From NCBI RefSeq assembly GCF_041956535.1, contig NW_027192191.1, positions 131,702-195,701 of the forward strand: a stretch of 64,000 nucleotides of DNA. Reading direction: 5' to 3'. The stretch is from Calcarisporiella thermophila CBS 279.70. Taxonomy: Eukaryota > Fungi > Calcarisporiellomycota. The position numbers and the translations under genes are program-made. The notes below the pieces were generated by a model. That model saw only the letters and a program-made list of their open reading frames with translations, ran no database searches and had not been told where the DNA came from. Below are positions 37,891 through 49,542 of this stretch, piece by piece (within the stretch, counting starts at the first letter, position 1; each line of letters starts with the position of its first letter).

Positions 37891-40857
37891 TCAATTCCCA
37901 ATCCTCACATTCTTGAAACCGCCCTCCAACACTTCCAGCCACCGCCCCAAATCCCGAAGCGTCGTCACCAATTCTTCTGCCAGGGCGTCTCCCTCAAGCA
38001 TCAAGTTATCTACGCGAAGAGCCCGTGGCTCGGGGTACCCCGACGTAGCCCCGCCACTGCTGAAGCTACGACCACCGAGGGAGAATCCGGCGGGATGTGA
38101 GTATTTCGGAAACGCATGAGTGGGCGAAAGCATGGTGGGGGAGAGATACTTCTGGCCCCCCGCAATGGGCGGCCGCCCATCATTGACGGAGGAAACGGGG
38201 GGAATGGTCGTGGCAATCTTTAGCGGCAACCCTGCCCCGTTCTGCTTCCCTTTACTCGGCTGCAGCAGTTGAGCCGATAGGACACCGACGCTTCTTTGGC
38301 GGGGCAAGCTGATGTCGCTCGAAGTCATCGCGGGATGACTTCCGGTTTTGTGATGACGTCCCGAAGGCCCTTCGCTGGAGGCCATGGCTTCTTCGGAGGT
38401 GGGAAGAGCAGTTGTAGAACGGACCCGCCGTGCTTGGTGGAGGAAGGTTGGGTGAGATGGCATTGGGCTGCCATCCCTTAAATTTCGCAGTGGTTGAGGA
38501 TATTGCTTTTGCTGTGGCTGTGGCGTTGGCTGTGGTTGTGGTTGTTGCTGTGGTTGCGGTTGCTGTTGTTGTTGTGATAGTGGTGACGGTTGCTGCTGTG
38601 GTTGCGGTTGCGGTTGCGGTTGCGATGGGGGCGGTGGTGGCGGTGGTGGCGGTGGTTTTTGTGCCAAAGCAAGTGAGGATGGTGGAGCAGTAGGCGTAAG
38701 CAGTTGTGAAGACTCAGGAGATTCATCTGTATTAGATCGGGTAAGGTTCGGTTTGATAGACATAGGTGTTCTGCCGGATGTGGGAGTCGAAGTGCCCAGA
38801 GTCAGCGACGAGGCAGGGGCGGGCGACATTGATTTTGAATTGGCTCCGCCTTCGGGCGGGTTCCTGACCGGAGTAGAAGGGGGCTTTGGAGAATCCGGGG
38901 TAGGGGGCATTGGCGATACGGCCGTCTGCAGTGGTTGAGGTGTCGGTTTTGGCTCTGCAGAAGGGGCGGAAATGAGTGGCTTCCCATGCAGGACCATGTT
39001 AGAGGAGAGCGGCTTTTGTACGGAAGTGGAGGCGGCGGTCGATGCATTTTGATCGATAAATAAGCGAAGAAGAGGATGGGATTCAGCATAGCTTTTCTGA
39101 TAGACCCGCGGAGCAGGAGAGAGATGAGCGGATTGAGGGTCGGATGAGGCAGCAGGGGGCACCTCCGACTTACTGGGCGTCTCCTGAGTGTCTGCTGGAG
39201 CGGCGTCGCGGTTCGCCAGCATTTCGGACTCTAGGTTAGGGACTGAAAGAGAGATAGCGGCTCCACTTTCTGGCCTTGCGAATCTACCCGGCTTCCCCTT
39301 CCTGCTGTCCGCATCGTCCTCGCTCGCAGCCGCATCGAACTTGCTTCGCACTGTCATATCAAAGTCCCATGCATCCTCATCCACCCCGAAATCAGCGAGA
39401 TCGAATGCATCTTCTTCGCTACCACTCGAATCATCCGAAGCTTTACGGCGCTCCGTTAGCTTCCACCGTTCGTAGCGGAGGACGAGGTCGCGCAGGATTT
39501 TATGTGTATGTTTGGCCGATTTAATGAATTTGGACTTGAGAAGCTCGTCCGCCGTTGGTCTCTATCCAATGATAGATACGATAAAATGTATAAGGAATGC
39601 TGTCCTTATCTAACACACAAGTCAAACCGGGATGTGCACTTACGTCCACCGGGTCCTCGCATAGGCACTGCCCAACAAACTCCTTCATTGCCACAGAGAA
39701 TGGACCCTCCAACTGTGCAGGTGGGCACCGTGGGATCAAGAATATCGCACGCATTGGATCCTGGTCATGGAACGGTGGGTTGCCAGTAGCGATCTCGTAG
39801 ACCGTGATTCCTAGGGACCAAATATCCGCCTATTCATCGCGTCGATTTGAAATTGAATCCAGTGAGTACAAGCCTATAGAGCGACTTGCTTTAAAAAACT
39901 TGCACGCAAACCTTAAAATCATAGTGAGATCCCTGTCGTATTACTTCAGGAGCCATCCAGTACCTGGCAAGTGGAAAAAGCGTAATGATATGGTTAGCAG
40001 TGACCATATTAAAATGAAAGAAAGTTGGTCATTTACGGTGTGCCAACAAATGAGTTTCGTTTGAACGAGTTCATTGAGACTTGACCTGCAACTCCAAAAT
40101 CGCACAGTTGAACACGGCCATCCTCTGTCAAGAGGATATTGGCCGCTGCATGAGGGAGAGGGGGGGAGGGGAAAGACCCATTTGATTAGAAAGCTAAATG
40201 AAGAATTTAAATTTGTCCGAACTTACCTTTGATATCGCGATGTATTATACCGTTTTTGTGGAGGTATACTAAGGCCTGCACGACTTCGCGGGTAATGACC
40301 ACGATGTATTTTTCTTCGATCTTCCCACATTTCATCTATATTTCCCCACGTCAATATATTTATAAATCCTCAATCCAACGGATCATTTCTTAGATTCTAG
40401 CACTTACTAGAGTGCGGATACTTCCGCCCGCAGCAAAATCCATCACAATCCACAGCTTCGTCCCGTTGAGGAAACTCCCATGATACCGCGCTATGTTCTG
40501 TGAGTTGCTATGTTTAAGCTGCGAGAGGAGTGCAATCTCCTTCTGAATGTCGACAACATCGTCTTCCTTTGTATCCAGATTCAAAACTTTAATGGCAACG
40601 ATCTGCCTGGAGATGTTGTTGATCCTGTAGAGTGCATCCAGTCAGCATCCAGCGCAAATTATGAAAGCGGCTATTCAAGTTTACCCCTTATACACTGTGC
40701 CATACGCTCCTCGCCCAACTAGCTCCAGCTTTGTGTAGAGCTGATTAGCCGATTGGCCGTTGCGACCCTCGTGGTGGGTGGGCAGATCGACGGCCGTTGC
40801 AGATCTGAGCTTGCTTGTGGGGGAGGAGGCAGACCGGAGGTCTTGCGTTAGCTGCAT
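37891..40857 (-). CDS. KIC1: Ste20/GCK-family kinase (Kic1/Nak1/POD6-like)
   Basis: [70 protein letters not shown], long disordered tail and C-terminal [15 protein letters not shown]. Orthologue name is inference. Confidence 0.85.
38510..38655 (-). repeat. Coding poly-P/(QP)n/poly-Q low-complexity tract in the kinase tail
   Basis: [42 protein letters not shown]. Confidence 0.85.
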
Positions 40858-41274
40858 GCAAAGGACTGCGTCAACGTCCAACAATAAAGTGAGCTCGTTC
40901 CGTTAATGGGGGGAGAGGGGAAGTAGGGCAAAATAGAAATCGGGTGAAAATAGAATAGGAGAACGAAATCAAGTGAGGCGTCGAATAACCCTAAGCCGAG
41001 TGCTTAGTTTTGATAGATTGAGAGGGAGGGGGGGGGGAAATAGATAAATGCTATTAGTAGAAAAAAAAATAAGTTTACAGTACAAGAGGCAATTAAGACA
41101 ACACTAAACAGAAATATTGGCTAACGACTGCAGTTTATACACATATTAAAGAACCAAAACATAGGGGCAGGAGCGTAACTGGAAACCAAAAATGTAAACA
41201 GATAAAATAATGCAGACAGAAAAATACGGTGACAAAAAACACAACAAAAACAAAAGGAACCCTAAGTATAAAGC

Positions 41275-42551
41275 TTAAATATCTTCAGGTGACAACATTA
41301 GAAGCTCGTCAAGATCTATCTCCCTATCCTCCTTCCCATAGGATTCTACAACAATCATTGGGTTGCGTAGGGCTCTTTGCGGAGTTTGCTTCACTTGGAC
41401 CGCCGATTCAAAAGAGGCTGTGGCACAGGTTGAAGAGTTGCCAGTGTCAGAAAGGGGCGAATTCGTGCGAGAAGCTTCAGAGCGGCTACCATGGTTGTTC
41501 TCTATCTCGTCGTGCCGATGGTGTCGCAAGATGTCTCCTGCCTCTGGAAGTGGTTCTAACTCCTGTGCATTGCTGTTAAGTCGATTCTCCTCTTTACCTC
41601 CATGCCGGCTTTTCTCATTTGTATCACCCGGTTCTCTCGGCGCAGATTTCAAATCCGCTGCGGTCCCTCCGCTCGATTTCCCTGGGACTTCCTTAGCCTC
41701 CTGACTACTTACTGAGGATGTGGAAGATAAGTTAATCTCAGATGCGTACGATGTAACTGACGCGGCAAGCCAGCCTGCCCAGCGGTTGACTATGATCGGC
41801 CATTCGGTATTTTCTTTGGCAGGAGTGGCGACGGTTTGTTTGGCAGCATCGCGCGCATGCGTATGATCAGATTGAGCTGAGCTAGAAGAGGATGATGCGG
41901 GATGTGACCCAGGATGCTGATCTCCGATCTGCTGTGCTAACAACTTCTGCCCCTAAATAAGGAGGAGCTGTGAGGATAAGCAAAAGAAGACTACAGGCGA
42001 AGAGTTTACTTTTGCCAGGGAATCAACCACTATTTGATGCAATAGGGCAAGCCCTCTTCGAGCCAGCTCTTCCCACCTTTGCTTTATACTCGACTGGTAA
42101 TTCTCAATGGCCTTGTCAATTTCACGCTCATGTTGAGTGAAGTAAGGCTCAACCACCGTCCTGTACAGAAACACAGATCCCTAAAAATAGCATGGGTAAG
42201 TCTGCTTCTAGGTCCTCGTGGATACCCATCCGTACCTGAGTTTGAGGCAAAATAAGCCAAAGGATAAAAAGGAATTTCATTTCATAATAAAAAGGGAACC
42301 TAGAGGAAATAAGAAGGCGCATCAGAATTGAATTTATCACCCCATTCCGCTGATATTTTGTTTTACCAGAATATAAAGAGATCGGCCAGAGTTTCAGCGA
42401 CCCCAATAAGTCCCATGACCGACCAATACATCAGCCAAGGAGGAAGTACAGTACCATCGTTACAACGAAGTGCTTTATATGAGGCGTAGGCGGGATAAAG
42501 CTGGAGTAAAAGGGTTCGAATAATGGAGAAGCAGAAGGATGGAATTAACAT
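41275..42551 (-). CDS. REEP/HVA22/TB2-DP1 family ER-shaping protein (REEP1-4-like, long C-tail)
   Basis: LYPAYASYKAL..WLMYWSV../FPFYYEMKFLFILWLILPQTQ/GSVFLY..VEPYF..HEREID. Confidence 0.9.
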
Positions 42552-42890
42552 TACAACCGATGAATACTGGACCTATTCGAGATCGGAAGTCTGTGAGGGA
42601 AGTTAATGAGATGATAGCTGATATTGTGTAACGTCGAGGAAATAAAAAGGGGAGAGTGACTAAAGTCGTAGAGGCAAGCCTACGTCACCTTCAACTCAAT
42701 TTGACCGTTGTTCCTGCCTCATCTTGGAACAAGCTCTAATGCTAAAACGGTATGGAGCTAAGCTTGAAAAAAATGCTTAAAAAGCTTCCCAATGGGCCAT
42801 TTTGCTAGTCGATATGATTATATATATGCCAAAATAAAATTCAATCGGATACTAGGTATGTTTGTGAAAGGAAAAAAATTTAAAATTTAA

Positions 42891-42963
42891 TGGTTCTACT
42901 GAGACTCGAACTCAGATTACAGGATTCAGAGTCCTGGGTGCTAACCAATTACACTATAGAACC
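42891..42963 (-). tRNA. tRNA-Gln (anticodon CTG), intronless
   Basis: Reverse complement GGTTCTATAGTGTAATTGGTTAGCACCCAGGACTCTGAATCCTGTAATCTGAGTTCGAGTCTCAGTAGAACCA: 7-bp acceptor stem, CAGGA/TCCTG anticodon stem, TTCGA T-loop, downstream T-runs. Confidence 0.95.
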
Positions 42964-43464
42964 GTCATATTTTTTGTTAAGAGAAAATAGGTTTTTGATA
43001 TAGACTCGAAATTAGCAGTCACAAAATTTTGTTGAGCTGAAAAGGTAGGCCAGGAGCATTACTTGGGTGATTTTGACGTAGATGCTACCCTACCGTTTTA
43101 ACTGTACAGGATACTTTTCAATAAAGATCCATTAATCTCAAAAAATAAAAATCAATGAATTGAAAGTAGTTTTTCTAAACTCCACTGGTGCTTCAAATTA
43201 ATTGAAATATAAATATTATTTTGAAAACTCTTGTACTTTTTGCAGCAAGCGTAGAATGGATTATTATTAGTATATTATTAGTAGTGAATTTTACATTTTA
43301 CATACAATATAATACCTATGTCTTATTATCAGACGAATCCTATATGTAACCCTATATATGTTTGTTATTTAACAATCAGGGATAGCGTTGTATGATCCAC
43401 CTGGAATTACTTCTTAGCTGTACACACTGGCTTGCCATCCCTACTTCCGCCGCTTATACATGGG

Positions 43465-43830
43465 CTAGCACTCGCCTAACACATACTTGCTGCCGAAAGA
43501 CGCGCAGTAGTTCTTGGACACTATTGCGTACTTTTCACAATCTTCAACCGGTGATGCAACAAATACGCCTCTCACTAGCTTAAGATTCTCAGGTTCGGTC
43601 ACTACGGTTGAGGCCAGGCGTAGCGAGTTCGCTATCGCAGCTGCAATTACGCCGTTACAGCAACCAATTGATGTGCCATTGACACACACCAACTTAAGAT
43701 TTGTACGAATTCCGACGGAATTGATCGCCTGCGACATTCCTTTAGTCACCGCGCCATATACCGTCGGAGAAGCCTTAGTGAAGGTGGCACAGATGACGCA
43801 GATTAGAATATGAATTAATGTTTTTCGCAT
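43465..43830 (-). CDS. Small secreted cysteine-rich protein (121 aa unspliced)
   Basis: Signal MRKTLIHILICVICATFTKA; mature Cys pattern C-x7-CC-x39-C-x10-C-x11-C; GC-richer than its flanks. A possible terminal intron (GTATGT..TTCCAG, about 43486-43401) would change the C-terminus to KWIIQRYP. Confidence 0.65.
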   Translation of the reverse strand: MRKTLIHILICVICATFTKASPTVYGAVTKGMSQAINSVGIRTNLKLVCVNGTSIGCCNGVIAAAIANSLRLASTVVTEPENLKLVRGVFVASPVEDCEKYAIVSKNYCASFGSKYVLGEC

Positions 43831-44737
43831 TTAAAGAAAAACAAATATTATATACAGCTAAGAAAAAAAAAAGAATTGTTAACCCGAGGATAAAACGATA
43901 ATATATACCAATAAATTACCCCAGCAGTTTCTAACCTCATAATCTAAAATTATCTAGTCTCTAAATCTAATCCTCTATTCTACGCGACTTAACCATTGAT
44001 CTAAAATATGTGCCAATGCACCTCACAACGTTTCACACTTTCAAAACCAGGAAAGTTAATTGTTATTTTTTTTTTTGGTAATAATCTGCTTGGAAAAGAG
44101 CCGAAAATTCCATTCTTTAACTGATTCCATAAATTATTAACTTTCTTAGCTATCCCCAAAACCTTATGTATATAAACATATATCCCTTTCAATTGAGGTG
44201 GCTTTAATTTATTAGGGTCCTTAAATTGCAATAATAAACTGAAATTGATCAAAAATGTGGTTAGAATTTTCCATAACCCCATTGAGCAGAAGGCTTTCTA
44301 TTTTCCGCCTATCTCTTCGAATTAAAGTCTTTTTATCAATTATAGTCAGTACAAGGCCGGTCATTGATCATAAAGGACACTGGCAAAGATGGTGGGAGAA
44401 CGTATGATTTCAGCTATTTTTCTAACAAACCAAATAAAAGTTGCCGCCTCCGAATATTACGTTCATTAAGGTCATATACTTCATTATCCAATTTATCATA
44501 CTTCGCTTTGTGTTACTAGTCCTCAGTATAATAATGAGAATAGCAGAGGCGTAAAATTATCCTCATCAGTTTATAGACCCTTGCATAAACTCAATTGGCA
44601 ATCAAACCTTTTCGGGCCGGGGGATGGACGAAAAATTTTAAAACCATCGATAAGTGATCCTGCAACTATTTGAACTTTGAGATTTGTTCTATAGTATTTA
44701 CTTTCTTTTAGTAGAATCATAACCCACAAACGCAGTC

Positions 44738-45067
44738 ATGTTCAACAGCTTCAAAAAAGTTTTTTATGTATTCTTGATCGAGTTTCTCTACTTAGCGTTT
44801 CCGATCATGGGGGAATCCCCACTTCGTTCGGGTTGCGAGTACTTTATCCCTCCAGATATCGGGTCTCGGGATATCCTGCCGGTAAAATGCTTTGCAAGGC
44901 CAGTGTCAGGAAACTGTCTAGCCTACTTCCCCAAATATTACTACGATTCTTATGCGCGGGCATGCAAACAGTATATATATGGCGGATGTGGGGGTTGTGT
45001 GGTATTTGACACTCTGGAGGCATGCAAAGAATCGTGTGTCAAGCCCGACTCCTCTTGCTCAAACTAA
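44738..45067 (+). CDS. Secreted Kunitz/BPTI-type serine protease inhibitor, intronless
   Basis: Hydrophobic N-terminus, then CFARPVSGNCLAYFPKYYYDSYARACKQYIYGGCGGCVVFDTLEACKESC, which has all six Kunitz Cys and the YGGC motif. Confidence 0.88.
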   Translation: MFNSFKKVFYVFLIEFLYLAFPIMGESPLRSGCEYFIPPDIGSRDILPVKCFARPVSGNCLAYFPKYYYDSYARACKQYIYGGCGGCVVFDTLEACKESCVKPDSSCSN

Positions 45068-45705
45068 TTATTATCAATGGTCGAAAATTTCAAAGGAATA
45101 AAATAAAAAATCGCATTTCCTAATTACGTCTTCACAAAATCATGTCCAAAAAAAAACAATATATTTACTAAGAATTCAGGAATGTTAAAACAATCATTTC
45201 ACTCTGAGGAGTGATAAGTAGAAGATGGACATTTATTACCACAATAATCTATCGCATTTATAAAGCTATAGCTTCCAGAGACAGCAAAACAATCAATAGA
45301 AAACTTTGCCAATACAGGATAAAATATTAGTGTAAGGATATATTTTCAAACATCCTAGTATATTGTCTGAATCTTTCGACTCATCCGTTAGGTATCTCTG
45401 AGTATTATGACTTAGGCGTTTCCAGCACTACAGGTTGTTTAGTCTCCCCTCAAGCTAAGCAAGTACAGAGTAGAGAAAATGAAATAGCTCTATGCCTTGT
45501 TTGAAATAGACCAGCAACATGCTAATCCACGAAGTGATATATTTTTATAAGCATTCAAGATAGAAATCAATAAGCGTAACTTAAGAGACATTACAAATAT
45601 CCAAAAATGGGGAATTGAATACTACTAGCAGATAGGTGAGGAGTAAACTTGAAACCCGCTCTGGTGCCGATATATTTATGTGCATCTTCATCTTCATCCA
45701 CAAAT

Positions 45706-46417
45706 TTAGAATGCATATAAATTTTCTTCGTAGATGCGTTTCACTCCCACTTCGTTCCTTACCGCCTCGAACACTTTCACTAATTCGGGTGTCTTATCTT
45801 TATTCACCATCGAGTTATACTCCTCCATGCCGAAAAATTTCTGAAGCTTGATTAGCAAACTAAACATGTGTATATCGGCAACGGTGAGTTTGTTGTCCAA
45901 GTAGTGACCATTACCGCCGAATTTTTTGATAAGACGCTCGTGATAGGGAAGAAGCTTGTGAGCATTTTCAATGACCAGCTTTTTGCCTGCCTCCTTCTTC
46001 TCCTCATCTTCTTGGAAGAAATAATGGGTCACCATACAAAGTACTAGTTCGAGCACCGAATCCATTACCATCTCCACCAATGCCGTCTCTTCATTGGTAT
46101 TGCCCATCAGTCCATATTCACGTCCTATGTAACGAGAAATGGTTTGCGATTCGGCAAATTCATAGCGGGTGCCATCAGGCTTTGTAACATAGAGTACAGG
46201 AAGATGGCCGAAGGGAGTAGTGGCTTTTTCAGTGTTCCAATCTTGGACTTGCCGAAACGTGTAATCAGCCTATCGATGAAACTAGTTTGCTCACAAAATA
46301 GAACTTCAGTGCATTGTTCTATAGACTTACATTGACGATCTCTAGGATTGTAATGAACGGCTGGCTGAGAGCAGCGCGTTTAAAATAAAACACTTCATAC
46401 TTTGTTTGAGAGGTCAT
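45706..46417 (-). CDS. Glutathione S-transferase (sigma/alpha-like, Tyr-type), 2 exons
   Basis: MTSQTKYEVFYF../..TPFGHLPVL..AESQTISRYIGREYGLMG..GHYLDNKLTVADI. Confidence 0.9.
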
Positions 46418-46799
46418 TTTATGTATTTTGCATCCGGAATTGAACGAGTCCAACTTTCAACTCCATATTACCGAATTTGAAATTGTTTGCCTCAGGAGGC
46501 TTAGAATTCGAAGAGGGATAAGTATTTTAAGCGATCTTTCTTGTCCAAGGTTGAGCGCACTTAGGAATATTGTTGGGTATATGCCAAGCTCTTATATTGA
46601 TAAAAAAATGAGTAGGTAAGGTTGAAATATTCAAATAAATAAAGAGGTCATATCAAAATATACAGGATTTCTAATACATCTCCTTCAAACCGCAAAAAAA
46701 AGAAAAAGGGCATTAATATTATGAGCAAGTAAAAACCAATCATTATCAAAACAACCTGAGAGGTATAAGTAGGATTAGGAGTCTATTATTAAATAAATG

Positions 46800-48092
46800 C
46801 TATATCATGTCCTGTGGGAGAATTGGTATAGGAGGCATGGGTAGGTTGCCTTTTGTCTTATACCCTAGCGAGGCTAATACCCTCAGGGTCTTTGGTCCAA
46901 TCGGGCCGCCATAGGCCCGTACTGCCTCTTCATATGCAAGATTCTTCTCAGGGCGCCAGAGCATTAGCCATTCGCTTGTATTTGCATAGTGAGTGGAGCT
47001 TATATGCGACAAGGATGACCCAGCCTTTAGTGGGGCAAATGAGGTCTCCAGATAGACGGGATCGTCCATGGGTCCGCCAAATGGCAAGATGGCGAGAGCG
47101 TCTTTGGTCGTTGCAAACTTGAGTAGATCGCGGGAGGCCTGAAATTCAGGCGAAGTGCTAAGGGCGGTGGTCATCTCCTCAGGGGTAGTTCTATTTGAAA
47201 AGAGCGCCTTGGCTGCAGCTGCAATTGTCTGTGTGTAAGAACTCACCGGCTTTCTCTCAGGCATTTTTAGCATGTACTTCTCGAATACCCCCTCGAAATA
47301 TGTGGCCACTTCTCCCGACGAGGGTGCTGCTAAATGAGCCGATCCTCCTGGGATAAGGACTTTCCCGTTGGGAGGATATTCGAGGAATACTGAGAGGAAC
47401 CCAAGCCCGTGGAGCATTTCGTGCAGGACTGCATGGGTGAAATCGGTTTGGTTGGAATATTTTAACTTGGGGCCATCTTCGAGGAAATGCCAAGGCAACT
47501 CGGAGTTAAATTCCATCAAAATGTCATACTGATTAAACTGCGGTCGCGGTGAAATGTCCATTTGCTTAACGAGGGCCTGCGGATATACGCGCAACATATT
47601 GTCGTCATCTTGAAGCAGCAGCATACGTGCAGGAAGCGCTCCTCCTACATATCATGAGAGTTAAGCAAGGTAAATGAGATGCAAGTCGCAGAAATAGAAA
47701 ATCTACTTGCCCACACTTGGCATCATTCCAGATTTTTTGCATACATCTTGGTTTTTGTTCGCGTCTTTTGAGCAAAATGGAAGAAAGGTTGCACTTACAC
47801 GGATGGGCTCTTTTATCGACAGATGCTGGGCCAAGATCTCTGATGCTCGAGCGAGGTTATTTTTGGCTTTAATACAGAAGTCTGAGGATGCGATACATTG
47901 CAAGTCAACACTAAATGCACTTGAGCTGCCAACTGGCGATTGCTGTCGAAGGCTGAGATCATGCACAAGAGGACAATCGATGTGGTTGCGTTGGGTAAGG
48001 TCGAGAGGATTGTGGATGTCGATACAAAGGGGGATCTTGGCGAGACTAGCATCCACTAGGAAAAGGAGGAGTAGAGGAGAGAGAATCAGCAT
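46800..48092 (-). CDS. Secreted zinc metallopeptidase (HEXXH), 2 exons
   Basis: Signal MLILSPLLLLFLVDASLA, Cys-containing N-region, YPQALVKQ, YDILMEFNS, DFTHAVLHEMLHGLGF, GSSLSH and WLM. Confidence 0.8.
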
Positions 48093-48577
48093 GGCTTAGG
48101 GGGAAAGAGCGGAAAGGGAGGGGTCGATCCCAGGATGAAGGAACGAAGTGGGAGGGGATAATACATGGTTAAGGTTGAGAACCATGTACGCATCGAACAA
48201 TAAAACAGCCGCAACGTTTGACAAGAACATCCGGAGCCTAAAACGGTCTGCAGCTCAGGGATCTGAGGGGGATCGGTGGGTGGGCGAGCGCTTTGAATAA
48301 GCCCTCAGCTGAGAATGAATGGCCGCAGCCTGGGCAATCCGGGCCTCGAATGGGCGTTTCATTGCAGCCGCTTGTATCCGTCGACGTCCTTAGCCTCGCA
48401 TTCAACCCAAGCTCCTTCGGCTGCAATTTAGTTGGCATTGATTTCCTAAAAAAATTCCGTCATTCTCACGCGGCTGCCCGTGACTTTCAATTAAAAGGCC
48501 TCGCTCCGGCTCCTCTCTGCCTTTTCGCTCGACGCCTCTTTGCCCTCGTTCTCCCTCTCCCCACCGCGGCCCTCTGG

Positions 48578-48826
48578 ATGCAGCCCTCCCAAATGCCTTC
48601 TCACCGCCTCTCTGTGACAAGCTTGATCCACGACACCCTATCCTACGCGTTCGCCCCCTCTCAGCCGCTGCCCGCAGCAACAGCCAGCTTTGACGCACGA
48701 TACTATAGCTTTCCGCCTTTTGAACGCTTTCAGCACCCGGCCGATGAAGACTACAATAAGAACGACAAACACGACGTGAGTCATGCAAATGGGCCCGAGT
48801 CGAAGCCAGAAAAACCCGACCCATAG
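48578..48826 (+). CDS. Small hypothetical protein (about 77-82 aa)
   Basis: GC-rich ORF with ATGs at 48578 and 48593, motif RYYSFPPFE and an AT-rich 3' flank. No family recognised. Confidence 0.45.
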   Translation: MQPSQMPSHRLSVTSLIHDTLSYAFAPSQPLPAATASFDARYYSFPPFERFQHPADEDYNKNDKHDVSHANGPESKPEKPDP

Positions 48827-49360
48827 TCCTGGACTAATTGCATGCTGAGCCGAATCATACCAAAATGTATATTTCTGTTGTGTTTCTCATATTCCGCTAT
48901 ATAATACTTAGTATGTATAACATTTATTTTTGTGATGTCGATGTTCGGATTTTGTTCCATTTCCTTTGTATATTTCATTCCACTCTGGTAGCCTATTTAT
49001 TATTGTGTTCGAATAAGAGGGTTGGTTCTCCAAAATAGAAGGCCCATTTATCCACGATGGATAGGGTGTTACGGTGAAAAAAAGAGGTGTTCTGTGCTAT
49101 CCTGTCCAATGCGTTGGCTTCGCTAGGACAATTGAACGAATGCTTTTTTGATCTTCAATGATTATCAAGCCGACTAAGAAGAAATAAGAAAGGAATCAGA
49201 AAAAACGATGCGAAAAAAGGAAACGAAGACCTTTTTGAGCATCTAACCGCCTCTCAAGTGAGGGTATTTAAATCACTTCCAAGAGGATTCTCCATCTTGG
49301 GTCAAAATATGATCTATATTCGTCAGGTATTAACAACACAGCCAAGGTTTCACCAAGAAA

Positions 49361-49485
49361 TTTCTCGCGATAAAAAAATATTACGTGTCATATTTTACCA
49401 AGTTTTCCTCAATTTTACGCGTTTTGTTTCCAATTTTTATTTCATTTTACTTGTTTTCCTTCGAGCACCAAGAGCGTAAGCGCGT
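49361..49485. promoter_or_regulatory. Cluster of MCB/E2F-like CGCG elements upstream of UBE2S
   Basis: TTTCTCGCGA (49361), ACGCGT (49417-49422) and GCGCGT (about 49480) in an otherwise AT-rich promoter. Confidence 0.35.
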
Positions 49486-49542
49486 GGTTGCACGTTTTCC
49501 AATTACTCTCGGATAATTTCGCTTCATTCATCCTTCAATATT

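Noticed and set aside
44001-44282. 92-93 aa ORF containing GIY (GIY-YIG nuclease?)
   Set aside because: No YIG/YVG motif or downstream Arg/Glu pattern; AT-rich chance ORF with a non-ATG-like context.
49039-49150. Two hairpins followed by a T-run (Pol III or H/ACA RNA?)
   Set aside because: Stems are short and there are no convincing A/B or H/ACA boxes.
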